Positions 1-10,844 of a DNA stretch of 52,806 bases are shown piece after piece (position 1 is the first letter of the stretch; the number at the start of each line of letters is the position of its first letter). A program made the position numbers and the translations under genes. Origin of the DNA: Octopus bimaculoides (Eukaryota); assembly GCF_001194135.2 (NCBI RefSeq), contig NC_068986.1:87147047-87199852 (forward strand). The letters are read 5' to 3'. The notes under the pieces are model-generated. The model made no database searches. It saw only the letters and a program-made list of their open reading frames with translations, and was not told the DNA's origin.

Positions 1-90
1 TATATATATATACATATAAATATATGTATGTATGTATATATATATATTTGTTCGTATGTATATGTGTGTACATGTTTATGCATATATTGT

Positions 91-387
91 GAAGGTAGGT
101 GGTTCAAAGGTCTATGGTATTCGGCTGATGATCGTGAGGACGTGATTTCGATTTCCGGTAGTAAATTGTCTCCTTCATTTCAAGTTGCTCCACTGCACTC
201 ACGTGGTAAAATAAGTTGAAAAGCCCAACCTTATCACAATCTGCATCACGCTGTATCTTTCCTCAAATCTACGTTAAGGGCAAGTGTGTCTGTGGAGTGC
301 TCAGCCACATGCACGTTAATTTCACGAGGAAGCTGTTCAGTTGATCGGATCAACTGGTGTACTCGTCGTCGTAACCGATGAAGAACC
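91..387 (+). mobile_element. tRNA-derived SINE, family C variant (degenerate head)
   Basis: Degenerate box-B-like ATTTCGATTTCC near the 5' end. The last ~130 nt (CTGTGGAGTGCTCAGCCAC...GTTAATTTCACGAG...GTTGATCGGATCAACTGG) match the reverse complement of 23733-23870. Confidence 0.7.
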
Positions 388-441
388 AGTCTATATGCAT
401 GTATATATATGTGTGTGTGTGTGTGTGTATATATGCATACA

Positions 442-472
<31 letters not shown>

Positions 473-1357
473 NNNNNNNNNNNNNNNNNNNNNNNNNNNN
501 NNNNNNNNNNNNNNNNNNNNNNNNNNNNNNNNNNNNNNNNNNNNNNNNNNNNNNNNNNNNNNNNNNNNNNNNNNNNNNNNNNNNNNNNNNNNNNNNNNNN
601 NNNNNNNNNNNNNNNNNNNNNNNNNNNNNNNNNNNNNNNNNNNNNNNNNNNNNNNNNNNNNNNNNNNNNNNNNNNNNNNNNNNNNNNNNNNNNNNNNNNN
701 NNNNNNNNNNNNNNNNNNNNNNNNNNNNNNNNNNNNNNNNNNNNNNNNNNNNNNNNNNNNNNNNNNNNNNNNNNNNNNNNNNNNNNNNNNNNNNNNNNNN
801 NNNNNNNNNNNNNNNNNNNNNNNNNNNNNNNNNNNNNNNNNNNNNNNNNNNNNNNNNNNNNNNNNNNNNNNNNNNNNNNNNNNNNNNNNNNNNNNNNNNN
901 NNNNNNNNNNNNNNNNNNNNNNNNNNNNNNNNNNNNNNNNNNNNNNNNNNNNNNNNNNNNNNNNNNNNNNNNNNNNNNNNNNNNNNNNNNNNNNNNNNNN
1001 NNNNNNNNNNNNNNNNNNNNNNNNNNNNNNNNNNNNNNNNNNNNNNNNNNNNNNNNNNNNNNNNNNNNNNNNNNNNNNNNNNNNNNNNNNNNNNNNNNNN
1101 NNNNNNNNNNNNNNNNNNNNNNNNNNNNNNNNNNNNNNNNNNNNNNNNNNNNNNNNNNNNNNNNNNNNNNNNNNNNNNNNNNNNNNNNNNNNNNNNGTAT
1201 GTATGTATGTATGTATGGATTTATTTATCTATATTTATATATTCGTGTGTGTCTCAACAGCACATTCTTTATCCCACAGAAAAATTTGTACGGATGATTT
1301 CTATACTTAGCTCCGAAAGCAATGAATATTCTTCGAAAACGCTATCATAGCTATCTC

Positions 1358-1586
1358 ATTTCTTTATTGCCTACAAGGGGCTAAACATAGAGGGAGACAA
1401 ACAGGGGTAGACAAAGGGATTAAGTCGATTATATCGACCCTGGTACGTAACTGGTACTTACTTTATCGACCCCGAAAGGATGAAAGGCAAAGTCTACCCC
1501 GTCGGAATTTGAACTCAGAACGTAAAGACAGGCGAAATACCGCTAAGCATTTCGCCCGTCGTGCTAACATTTCTGCCAGCTCACCG
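1358..1586 (-). mobile_element. tRNA-derived SINE, family B (tail variant 1)
   Basis: On the minus strand: head GGTGAGCTGGCAGAAATGTTAGC, box B GAGTTCAAATTCC, central CTTTCATCCTTTCGGGGTCGATAAAGTAAGTACCAG. The same body recurs at 9872, 12994, 37355 and 49985. Confidence 0.85.
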
Positions 1587-1829
1587 TTCAAAGGCTTAAC
1601 GTGTATACCCTTAGCAAGAGACGAACCAGAGTCGCCATTTTACGGACTTCAAGTCATGACATCGCTCGTCTTTTATACGCCGAGACATCAGCTGACTAGC
1701 GGTTAGTTTTCACGTGATAGTTTCTCCAGATCCTTCTAGATTGCTCTCTGTCATAAGCCTATAAACAAAATCAGTTTAGTCGCCAAACTTCACTGGGCGG
1801 TGCGATTCACTCTCCTTTTTTTTATACAG

Positions 1830-1878
1830 TCGTTCTAACGACTGCATGCTCATCCGGATATGCGTTAGACTGTTGCAG
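1830..1878 (+). CDS. candidate 49-nt internal exon of an unidentified gene
   Basis: Polypyrimidine acceptor CTCCTTTTTTTTATACAG and donor CAG|GTATGA. Two frames are open (VLTTACSSGYALDCC or RSNDCMLIRICVRLLQ). No homology recognised. Confidence 0.25.
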
Positions 1879-1980
1879 GTATGAAACAACGCGTTTAATC
1901 CGGTCACTGTGCAAGGCATTGTGGGTTTATGTTCCTTACCGTGGTTGTATGTTTCTTACATATTGTTGACTATCTGTTAT

Positions 1981-2035
1981 CTTTTACAGGTTTCAGTCAT
2001 TAGAGTGCGGCCATGCAGGGAGCCCTCCTTGAAAA
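1981..2035 (-). mobile_element. SINE-A-type 3' tail fragment
   Basis: Minus strand TTCAAGGAGGGCTCCCTGCATGGCCGCACTCTAATGACTGAAACCTGTAAAAG is roughly 80% identical by eye to the family A tail GGCGGTGCTCCAGCATGGCCGCAGTCAAATGACTGAAACAAGTAAAAG. Confidence 0.8.
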
Positions 2036-2046
2036 ATGTATGAGAT

Positions 2047-2164
2047 GCTTACAGCACCTAGGTTTCCCAATCGGTCACCCATCTAAGTACTCACTATGCT
2101 CGACGTTGTTCAACTTCGGTAATCGGACGAGAACCGGTGTATTCAAAGTGATGTAGCCGTGTGG
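2047..2164 (-). pseudogene. 5S rRNA-derived sequence (near full length, diverged)
   Basis: Minus strand reads ACGGCTACATCACTTTGAATACACCGGTTCTCGTCCGATTACCGAAGTTGAACAACGTCGAGCATAGTGAGTACTTAGATGGGTGACCGATTGGGAAACCTAGGTGCTGTAAGC. This is colinear with invertebrate 5S rRNA over ~118 nt. Box A (AGTTGAAC) and box C (AGATGGGTGACC) carry substitutions. Confidence 0.9.
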
Positions 2165-2530
2165 AGATATATTTTTTGTAATTCATGATCAACTTGCGCG
2201 GCGTAAATAAAATCATATTTAAATGTTTACAAGATGTTGTTAAATCATTCACCAACAACTTCAGCAAATATTGTTCATGCACGAAAACATAGTGATACAG
2301 ACATTGACCAACTTGGAAAGCTCTAACTAATGACATTATTGTTTTAAAATTTCTGGTAGTCCTTGTTTATTTATTTATCTATTCTATCGAATTGTCAAGA
2401 AAGGGTATTTGTGTGTAGCGAACCTGCATTGACACAATTCCCTTTCATAAGATATGTAAAAGTAACATACGCACACATACACGCTCATAAAATAGATATA
2501 ATGATAGATATATATATATATATACTGTTT

Positions 2531-2935
2531 TACTCTATTACTTGTTTCAGTCATTTGACTGCGGCCATGCTGGAGCACCGCCTTTAGTCGAGCAAATCGA
2601 CCCCAGGACTTATTCTTTGTAAGTCTAGTACTTATTCTATCGGTCAATTTGACCAAACCGCTAAGTTACGAGGACGTAAACACACCAGCATCTGTTGTCA
2701 AGCGATGTTAGGGGACAGACATAGACACACAAACAAACACACACACACACACACATATATATACATATATACGACGGGCTTCTTTCAGTTTCCGTCTACC
2801 AAATCCACTCACAAGGCTCTAGTCGGCTCGAGGCTATAGTAGAAGACACTTGCCCAAGGTGCCACACAGTGGGACTGAACCCGGAACCATGTGGTTGGTA
2901 AGCAAGCTACTTACCACACACCCACTCCTACGCCT
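2531..2935 (-). mobile_element. tRNA-derived CORE-type SINE, family A, full length
   Basis: Head AGGCGTAGGAGTGGGTGTGTGGTAAG with box B GGTTCAGTCCC, CORE-like CCTTGGGCAAGTGTCTTC, internal CA/TA microsatellite, and tail ending GACTGAAACAAGTAA. Near-identical copies occur at 4541, 28081 and 39571. Confidence 0.92.
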
Positions 2936-3313
2936 ATATATAGATACACACACAGACACACACACACATATATATGTATGAGTGTGTATATATATATATG
3001 TACGTGTGTATGTGTGTACATATATATATATGAAAAGTATGTATGCACATATGAATATGTATATATGTATATAATATGCGTGCACCCGTGTGAATATATG
3101 TACAATTCTAAAGTAGTTATGGAAATTATAAGCGAGGAGTGTTTTCCGCTTTTACAGTAAGGATATGTTCAATATTCATACACACAATTATAATAATAGA
3201 TATACATAATTACAAACGCTATGTATTTTTGTATGTATGAATGCGTGTATGTATGTAGGTGTGTATATATTTATGGATATATGTATATAAAGCCTGTATT
3301 TTTATAGACATAC

Positions 3314-3351
<38 letters not shown>

Positions 3352-3571
3352 TGTGGAAGTGGTTATTCGCAAATGGGACAAACGCTGTAACGTAGAACAG
3401 TTTATGTGATTCTGTAAACTGGATTGAGTAAGCCGAAATAACTGAACACTTTCAGAAATGCATGACCATCACAACACATACATAGCACTTCTGTAAAAGG
3501 AAAATTTCTTATGTGCCAACTCATAAGAATAATGACCAACTGTGTGCGTGTGTGTGCGCCTATGTGTATTT

Positions 3572-3634
<63 letters not shown>

Positions 3635-4031
3635 NNNNNNNNNNNNNNNNNNNNNNNNNNNNNNNNNNNNNNNNNNNNNNNNNNNNNNNNNNNNNNNNNN
3701 NNNNNNNNNNNNNNNNNNNNNNNNNNNNNNNNNNNNNNNNNNNNNNNNNNNNNNNNNNNNNNNNNNNNNNNNNNNNNNNNNNNNNNNNNNNNNNNNNNNN
3801 NNNNNNNNNNNNNNNNNNNNNNNNNNNNNNNNNNNNNNNNNNNNNNNNNNNNNNNNNNNNNNNNNNNNNNNNNNNNNNNNNNNNNNNNNNNNNNNNNNNN
3901 NNNNNNNNNNNNNNNNNNNNNNNNNNNNNNNNNNNNNNNNNNNNNNNNNNNNNNNNNNNNNNNNNNNNNNNNNNNNNNNNNNNNNNNNNNNNNNNNNNNN
4001 NNNNNNNNNNNNNNNNNNNNNNNNNNNNNNN

Positions 4032-4073
<42 letters not shown>

Positions 4074-4540
4074 CCAAATGGGAAAAAATGAGAGGACAGA
4101 GTAATAGAAATATAGTTAGGAAAATAATAAAGAGTAAAATATTGAGAGAACGAGGGAGAGAGTGAGAGAGGGGGGAGAATGGGAGAGAAAGAGACTGAGT
4201 AGAAATAAATTGACGCAGTACAAGCTATAGTACAAGGGATAATGGGAGTGTAATGAGACGTTCTTAAATAATTAAAGAATTAATATGATTATGAATTAAT
4301 ATACATATTTATGTTGCTATAATCCATTCAAAGTACAACAGACAGCGATGTTTCACTACCACTACTGTCACTGAACACGTCCGCATTGTTTTTTTTTTTG
4401 TTTTTGTTTGTTATTTGATGTATTCATACCCGCTCACATACTGCATATACACGCATATACATATACATATGCATATACATATACATATACCTACCTACAT
4501 ATATACGTACTTATATTTATATATTCTCTTTTTTTTTTTT

Positions 4541-4944
4541 ACTCTTTTACTTGTCTCAGTCATTTGACTGCGGCCATGTTGGAGCACCGCCTTTAGTCGA
4601 GCAAATCGACCCCAGGAATTATTCTTTGGAAGCCTAGTACTTATTCTATCGGTCTCTTTTTGCCGAACCGCTAAGTTACGGGGACGTAAACACACCAGCA
4701 TCGGTTGTCAAGCGATGATGGGGGGACAAACACAGACACACAAACACACATACATACATATACATATACATACATATATACGACGGGCTTCTTTCAGTTT
4801 CCGTCTACCAAATCCACTCACAAGGCTTTGGTCGGCCAGAGGCTATACTAGAAGACACTTGCCCAAGTTGCCACGCGGTGGGACTGAACCCGGAACCATG
4901 TAGTTGGTAAACAAGCTACTTACGACACAGTCACTCCTGCGCCT
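4541..4944 (-). mobile_element. SINE family A, full length
   Basis: Colinear with 2531-2935, including head, CORE-like block, internal microsatellite and tail. Confidence 0.92.
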
Positions 4945-5012
4945 ATATATGCATATATATATATAAACACACACAGAATCGCCAATATATAAAAATGTAT
5001 ATTTACACACAT

Positions 5013-5163
5013 GTAGCCGTGTGGTAAAGAAGTTTGCTTCTCAAGTACATGGTTCCTGGTTCAATAACACTGCGAGTCACGTTCGGTAAGTGTCTTCTTA
5101 GCCTCAGGTTGACCAATGACTAGTGAGTAGATTCAGTAGATAGAAACTGGAAGATCCCATTCG

Positions 5164-5165
<2 letters not shown>
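5013..5165 (+). mobile_element. SINE family A, old 5' half
   Basis: GTAGCCGTGTGGTAAAGAAGTTTGCTTC...CATGGTTCCTGGTTCAAT...GTAAGTGTCTTC...GATAGAAACTGGAAG, followed by (TA)n. Confidence 0.75.
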
Positions 5166-5213
<48 letters not shown>

Positions 5214-5414
5214 TGCACGTATACGTGTGTGTATGTATGTATATATACTTGGGGTGATGGGGTCTTTCATTTTATGTCTGTCTCCACCACCGCCAATTGA
5301 GAGTGTCTGTTTTACGATAATCGAGGTCTGCAGATAACCATTCCTTCATTCACTAACCGAGAACGCTCTATGCTATCTGGCTGAACAACGTTTCTAACAT
5401 ATAAAATTGAGATG

Positions 5415-6140
5415 AACTTAGATATGTTCGACCAAAGACTGGTCCAGGCCATGTCTAACTTAACAGCACCACCTGATAGGACTATCTAAATCCTTTTAAA
5501 ATCAAGCTTTGTGTTATCATGGTCAATTCAAGTAGTGAGTTCTTGTTGAGTGAGTTGTATCCAAGTATGGGTGGCTTATCTGGTAATCCTTGAAGAAATT
5601 TGTCCAGACCCCGTTTAAAAGTGATGGGATCCTTTTCCTCTTTGATCAGTTTTGGGACAATGTTAAACAGGGCAGGGCCTGTTGAGGAAAAGAAATTGTG
5701 TCGCAGAGTACCTATATGTTGTGATCCTGAATTGGGCAGGGGATATATGGCCCGTAGTCCCAGCCTTGAATAAACCTTGAAGCTAATGCTGGCGGTACAT
5801 TCTTCACATCGTTCAAATGATGTACCGCACGCGGCGGCGCTGGAGAGCAGTGAGGTTCAAGGCAGTCTTAGTAACCGAGATCAGTCATGTCCTTAATTCC
5901 TTTAGTGAATGAACTCTGGAGTTATTCAATTTCGAGATGTTTTGTTTTGTATGTGGAAACCACAGGGGGCAGCAGTATTGGAGGTATGGCCGTAAGAAGG
6001 AGGGGAAAAGTGGAATGATGACATCTTGTTCTCTGGACCGGAAGGTTCTTAAGATCCAGGAGCTCATCCTACGAGCTATATCGACCTTATTGTTGATGTG
6101 GGCACCCCTACAGAGATTGTTATCAAGAATTACACCTAGT
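5415..6140 (-). mobile_element. CR1/L2-group LINE 3' fragment (RT C-terminus and 3' UTR), decayed
   Basis: Minus frames give LGVILDNNL...RRMSSWILRTFRSRE...LRPYLQYCCPLWFP and RHNFFSSTGPALFNIVP...FKRGLDKFLQGLPDKPP. These are typical CR1-clade ORF2 C-terminal motifs, with frameshifts and stops. The ORF ends near 5514. Confidence 0.88.
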
Positions 6141-6223
6141 ACATTATTTACATTATTTACATATATGCACTTAGCATAATGGTAAACGTACGTAGGAACT
6201 TTGATATAAACTGGTGCTAATCC

Positions 6224-6400
6224 TTATTACTCTATGCGCGTAAGCGAAAGTAGGGTATTGTAATCACTTGTCTTTCTCTGCTTGTGTGTTTGCAAAATTA
6301 CTGGAAAACGGCTGAAAAAATTTTCACCACACTTGGCAGAAATACTCTGTGGGTGAGTGGCTTGAAATGATGAATATTTGGTTTGATTATCTTTCAAAAA
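6224..6400. mobile_element. possible non-autonomous Helentron/DINE-like fragment
   Basis: TTATTACTCTATGCGCGTAAGCGAAAGTAGGGTATTGTAATC...TGTTTGCAAAATTACTGGAAAACGGCTGAA...TTTTCACCACACTTGG resembles the start of small rolling-circle-type non-autonomous elements. Recognised by resemblance only; termini not resolved. Confidence 0.35.
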
Positions 6401-6689
6401 AAAAAAATCAAATAGAACTTACAAATAAATCGTTCAAAATTCCCCCCTTTAACTGTTACCTAGATGACAAGGAGTTTGAACACTATTTCAAGTATAGTGA
6501 TGAGTGAAACTGAATATAGATCTGAATGCTATTTGTAACAGATCAAAGTTTTATGTATATCACTTTCCATAATACTTCGAACATAAAGTACGTTTACGTA
6601 ATTATATAGCGTGAAACACAAGAAAATGTGTTGACTCAGTCATTACAACAACCAAGGTATTTTGACTATATGCTATTTTCATTGCACAG

Positions 6690-6777
6690 AAAGGTGCAGG
6701 ATGCAGTGCTGACAGTTGCAGAGAATATTAGCTATGGTTTCCCAGGAAATGACCCGGAGGCACATCGGTCCCCTTAG
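6690..6777 (+). CDS. candidate terminal coding exon of an unidentified gene
   Basis: Acceptor TGCTATTTTCATTGCACAG, then A + KVQDAVLTVAENISYGFPGNDPEAHRSP-stop (TAG at 6775-6777). Non-repetitive and GC-richer than its flanks. Confidence 0.3.
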
Positions 6778-6897
6778 AGTATAAGGAGTTGAGGGATAAA
6801 TCACTCACTTAAGAGGGCGTACTCTTCTCTGGGTCTCATTTGGTGTTCAACTCGTCATACATTTATTTACTGTCTGTCTTCTCTGTTTCTCTCTCTG

Positions 6898-6942
<45 letters not shown>

Positions 6943-7390
6943 GCAAGTGTATGTAATCCCTAACACATTAATTCTCTCTCCATTTTTCGTTCTCTCTCCA
7001 TTCTTTTCCTCTCATCCCTTTCTATCGGAGAGATTAGGCTCGAAACATCAAAGACATTCCATTCTTACAGAGCGTCAAACTAATATACCTGCTTCTCCTT
7101 GTTTCTTAGATTTTGTAAATTTGAACCTCGCAGTACGAGTTTAATTCGTTCCATGATCGTGCTTGTCTTCCGATTTGCTCGGTTTACAAATCAATTTTCG
7201 CCATTGAAATTAACTACAAAATAATTAATCAGTTGTAGTCCACCAAAACCCGTTAAAAATAATTTTTTATGAGTTTTAAAACAGAAAAGTTGTAGTTACA
7301 AGTAAAATGGCAATTATAGAAAAGAGAATGCAAAAGAAATACGTAAGCTGGTTTTAATTGAATTACCTTAACGTTGGCATGATTTGTGTG

Positions 7391-7436
7391 CTCGTACTGC
7401 GGATTTCTGCTCGTACTGCGGATTTCTGCTCGTACT
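7391..7436. repeat. 19-bp tandem repeat, ~2.4 units
   Basis: CTCGTACTGCGGATTTCTG twice, plus a partial CTCGTACT. Confidence 0.9.
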
Positions 7437-8024
7437 TCAGGACAAAAATTCGCACGAGTCTCGACTCGTACAACAAATTACTCGTACAATGGTGCACTCG
7501 TGCTGTGAGTGTGCGCGTGAGTTTGTGTATGAATATATAATATATATAATTATATATATATATGAATGTATGAAAGTGTGTATGCGTATACGTAAATGCA
7601 TATTTACGCACACGCACATACACACACAAACACACACACACAAACACAGAGAGAGATATATATTCATATATTTTCATACATGAACTGATATGAATATGTA
7701 TATATTTTTGCTTGTTTTTAAATACAAAGGTACATTATCAAAATAGGAATAATCTAACTAATATTAAGAGTGCAGCAGGTGTAGGCTATTGGTTGCAGTT
7801 GCTCTTACTAGAAGCCATTAGTTCTATAATCTAAGGTCAGATACGTACATTGACATTGTAAGTAGAAATATACGCACTAATTCATACACAGCTGATGCAG
7901 TTTATGGTGCAACGTACTCAAGACCCTTTAGTAACAGTGACTGCAATAGGCAGTCATTCCTATGTATGTACATATACATACATATATGCTTAAACACATA
8001 AATAACTAAATACACACACGTATA

Positions 8025-8230
8025 TTCTTTTATTTGTTTCAGTCATTTGAGTGCAGCCATGCTGGAGCACCGCCTTTAGTCGAACAAATCGACCCCAGGA
8101 CTTATACGTTGTAAGCCTAGTACTTATTCTATCGGTTTTCTTTTGCCGAACCGCTAAGTTACGGGTACGTAAATACACCATCATCGGTTTTCAAGCGATG
8201 GTGGCGGGGGTGGCAAACGCAGACACAGAA
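8025..8230 (-). mobile_element. SINE family A, 3' half
   Basis: Tail and 3' body match 2531-2730. It ends in (TA)n with no head beyond. Confidence 0.88.
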
Positions 8231-8232
8231 AC

Positions 8233-8273
<41 letters not shown>

Positions 8274-9350
8274 GGGCAGGGAATCGTCAATTAACAAATT
8301 TATTGGAATATTTAGCTGAAGATCAGAATAGAGTATTCTTTACTCTTAACTGTGAAACGATCGTACTAANNNNNNNNNNNNNNNNNNNNNNNNNNNNNNN
8401 NNNNNNNNNNNNNNNNNNNNNNNNNNNNNNNNNNNNNNNNNNNNNNNNNNNNNNNNNNNNNNNNNNNNNNNNNNNNNNNNNNNNNNNNNNNNNNNNNNNN
8501 NNNNNNNNNNNNNNNNNNNNNNNNNNNNNNNNNNNNNNNNNNNNNNNNNNNNNNNNNNNNNNNNNNNNNNNNNNNNNNNNNNNNNNNNNNNNNNNNNNNN
8601 NNNNNNNNNNNNNNNNNNNNNNNNNNNNNNNNNNNNNNNNNNNNNNNNNNNNNNNNNNNNNNNNNNNNNNNNNNNNNNNNNNNNNNNNNNNNNNNNNNNN
8701 NNNNNNNNNNNNNNNNNNNNNNNNNNNNNNNNNNNNNNNNNNNNNNNNNNNNNNNNNNNNNNNNNNNNNNNNNNNNNNNNNNNNNNNNNNNNNNNNNNNN
8801 NNNNNNNNNNNNNNNNNNNNNNNNNNNNNNNNNNNNNNNNNNNNNNNNNNNNNNNNNNNNNNNNNNNNNNNNNNNNNNNNNNNNNNNNNNNNNNNNNNNN
8901 NNNNNNNNNNNNNNNNNNNNNNNNNNNNNNNNNNNNNNNNNNNNNNNNNNNNNNNNNNNNNNNNNNNNNNNNNNNNNNNNNNNNNNNNNNNNNNNNNNNN
9001 NNNNNNNNNNNNNNNNNNNNNNNNNNNNNNNNNNNNNNNNNNNNNNNNNNNNNNNNNNNNNNNNNNNNNNNNNNNNNNNNNNNNNNNNNNNNNNNNNNNN
9101 NNNNNNNNNNNNNNNNNNNNNNNNNNNNNNNNNNNNNNNNNNNNNNNNNNNNNNNNNNNNNNNNNNNNNNNNNNNNNNNNNNNNNNNNNNNNNNNNNNNN
9201 NNNNNNNNNNNNNNNNNNNNNNNNNNNNNNNNNNNNNNNNNNNNNNNNNNNNNNNNNNNNNNNNNNNNNNNNNNNNNNNNNNNNNNNNNNNNNNNNNNNN
9301 NNNNNNNNNNNNNNNNNNNNNNNNNNNNNNNNNNNNNNNNNNNNNNNNNN

Positions 9351-9383
<33 letters not shown>

Positions 9384-9871
9384 TGAGAGAGAGAGAGATT
9401 TATACATACATATGTATATGTTCAAATTATGAAAATATGTAATAGAAGCAGCTTTATAATATAAACATTGCCAATGCCGCATACTTAAGTTATGTGTATT
9501 GTTTAAAAACAGCAGCTGCAGTATATTTTCTGGGAAAATTATTGTAAAAACGTATAGTGTCAAAGGCAAAGAAAAATAAAGTACTTCACATGTAGCCGGT
9601 GTCAAAATCGGTCTTAAATCGAACACAAGACGGTAAGATACGTATTTCGCTGCATTTGCTGCTTCTTAATATCGCACACTTCAGTCCTTTCTGAAACGAA
9701 ATCGAGATTTCTAGTCAGAAGCATAGCGTAACAACCGTTTACTGATTTGCAATTAGGTGCACAAGAAGAATAAAATTAGGTTATACGATACAAGCAACAG
9801 CAGAATAAAAACTTTACTAATTATAATGCTTTTTCGTTCTTTCATTCATGCCCAAAATTTGAAACAATTAT

Positions 9872-10040
9872 TAAGCATTTTGCCTGTCCTTGTGCTCTGA
9901 GTTCAAATTCCGCTGAGGTCGACTTTGCATTTCATCCTTTCAGGGCAGATAAATAAAGTACTAGTGGAGTACTGGGGTAAGTGTAAACGACTAATCCACT
10001 TTCCAAAAATTTCAGGCTAGGGGCTTATATTAGAAAGGAT
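9872..10040 (+). mobile_element. SINE family B, degenerate (tail variant 2)
   Basis: CTGAGTTCAAATTCCGCTGAGGTCGACTTTGCATTTCATCCTTTCAGGGCAGATAAATAAAGTACTAG. Confidence 0.8.
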
Positions 10041-10043
10041 TGT

Positions 10044-10058
10044 TGTTGTTACTGTTGT

Positions 10059-10119
<61 letters not shown>

Positions 10120-10129
10120 GTTGCTGCTG

Positions 10130-10181
<52 letters not shown>

Positions 10182-10222
10182 CACTTCTGCTGCTGCTGCT
10201 GCTACTACTACTGCTGCTGCTG

Positions 10223-10270
<48 letters not shown>

Positions 10271-10290
10271 TTATTATTATTATTGTTATT
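10044..10290. repeat. compound trinucleotide tract (GTT, CTA, CTG, TTA)
   Basis: Read directly. It explains the poly-L and poly-V ORFs in the track. Confidence 0.95.
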
Positions 10291-10627
10291 ATTTAATTCT
10301 ATATTTACTGGAGATTACGAGATAACAATCTATTAGATTATTTATTATATACACCTGATTGCCTTGCATTTTGTCACATTATCAATCAATGGATCATCCA
10401 CATCAACTGTAATGGACAGTGGTGCTCCCTATATACTTCCGTTTCCTGACACCATCAGAAACTCGGCTGTATCTCTCTCTCTCTACGCATTCAATTCCCT
10501 ATTGTTTTATATAGATTTGTTAGCCAAATGAATGTTCTTTTTTTCTATATTTGATTTTACTTTTTCTATTGTTCAAGCTTAGAACAAGGAGAAGACAAAG
10601 AGCAAAAAGAAAAGGAGTAAGATGAAA

Positions 10628-10646
10628 GGGAGTAATAATAATGATA

Positions 10647-10680
<34 letters not shown>

Positions 10681-10731
10681 GGATAATGATGATGATGATG
10701 ATGATGATGACAATAATAATAATAATAATAA

Positions 10732-10762
<31 letters not shown>

Positions 10763-10812
10763 AAGAAGAAGAAGGAGAAGAAGAAGAAGAAGAAGAAGAA
10801 GAAGAAGAAGAA

Positions 10813-10844
<32 letters not shown>

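Noticed and set aside
341-1350. Long ORFs spanning N-gaps (also near 3511, 8051, 11527, 22653, 31398, 44434, 51640)
   Set aside because: They are open only because N codons contain no stops, and their flanks are microsatellite translations.
2047-2164. Functional 5S rRNA gene
   Set aside because: Solitary copy with substitutions in box A, box C and paired stems. Treated as a pseudogene or SINE head.
7391-7436. CRISPR-like array (also 13259-13310)
   Set aside because: Head-to-tail 19-mers without spacers in eukaryotic DNA.
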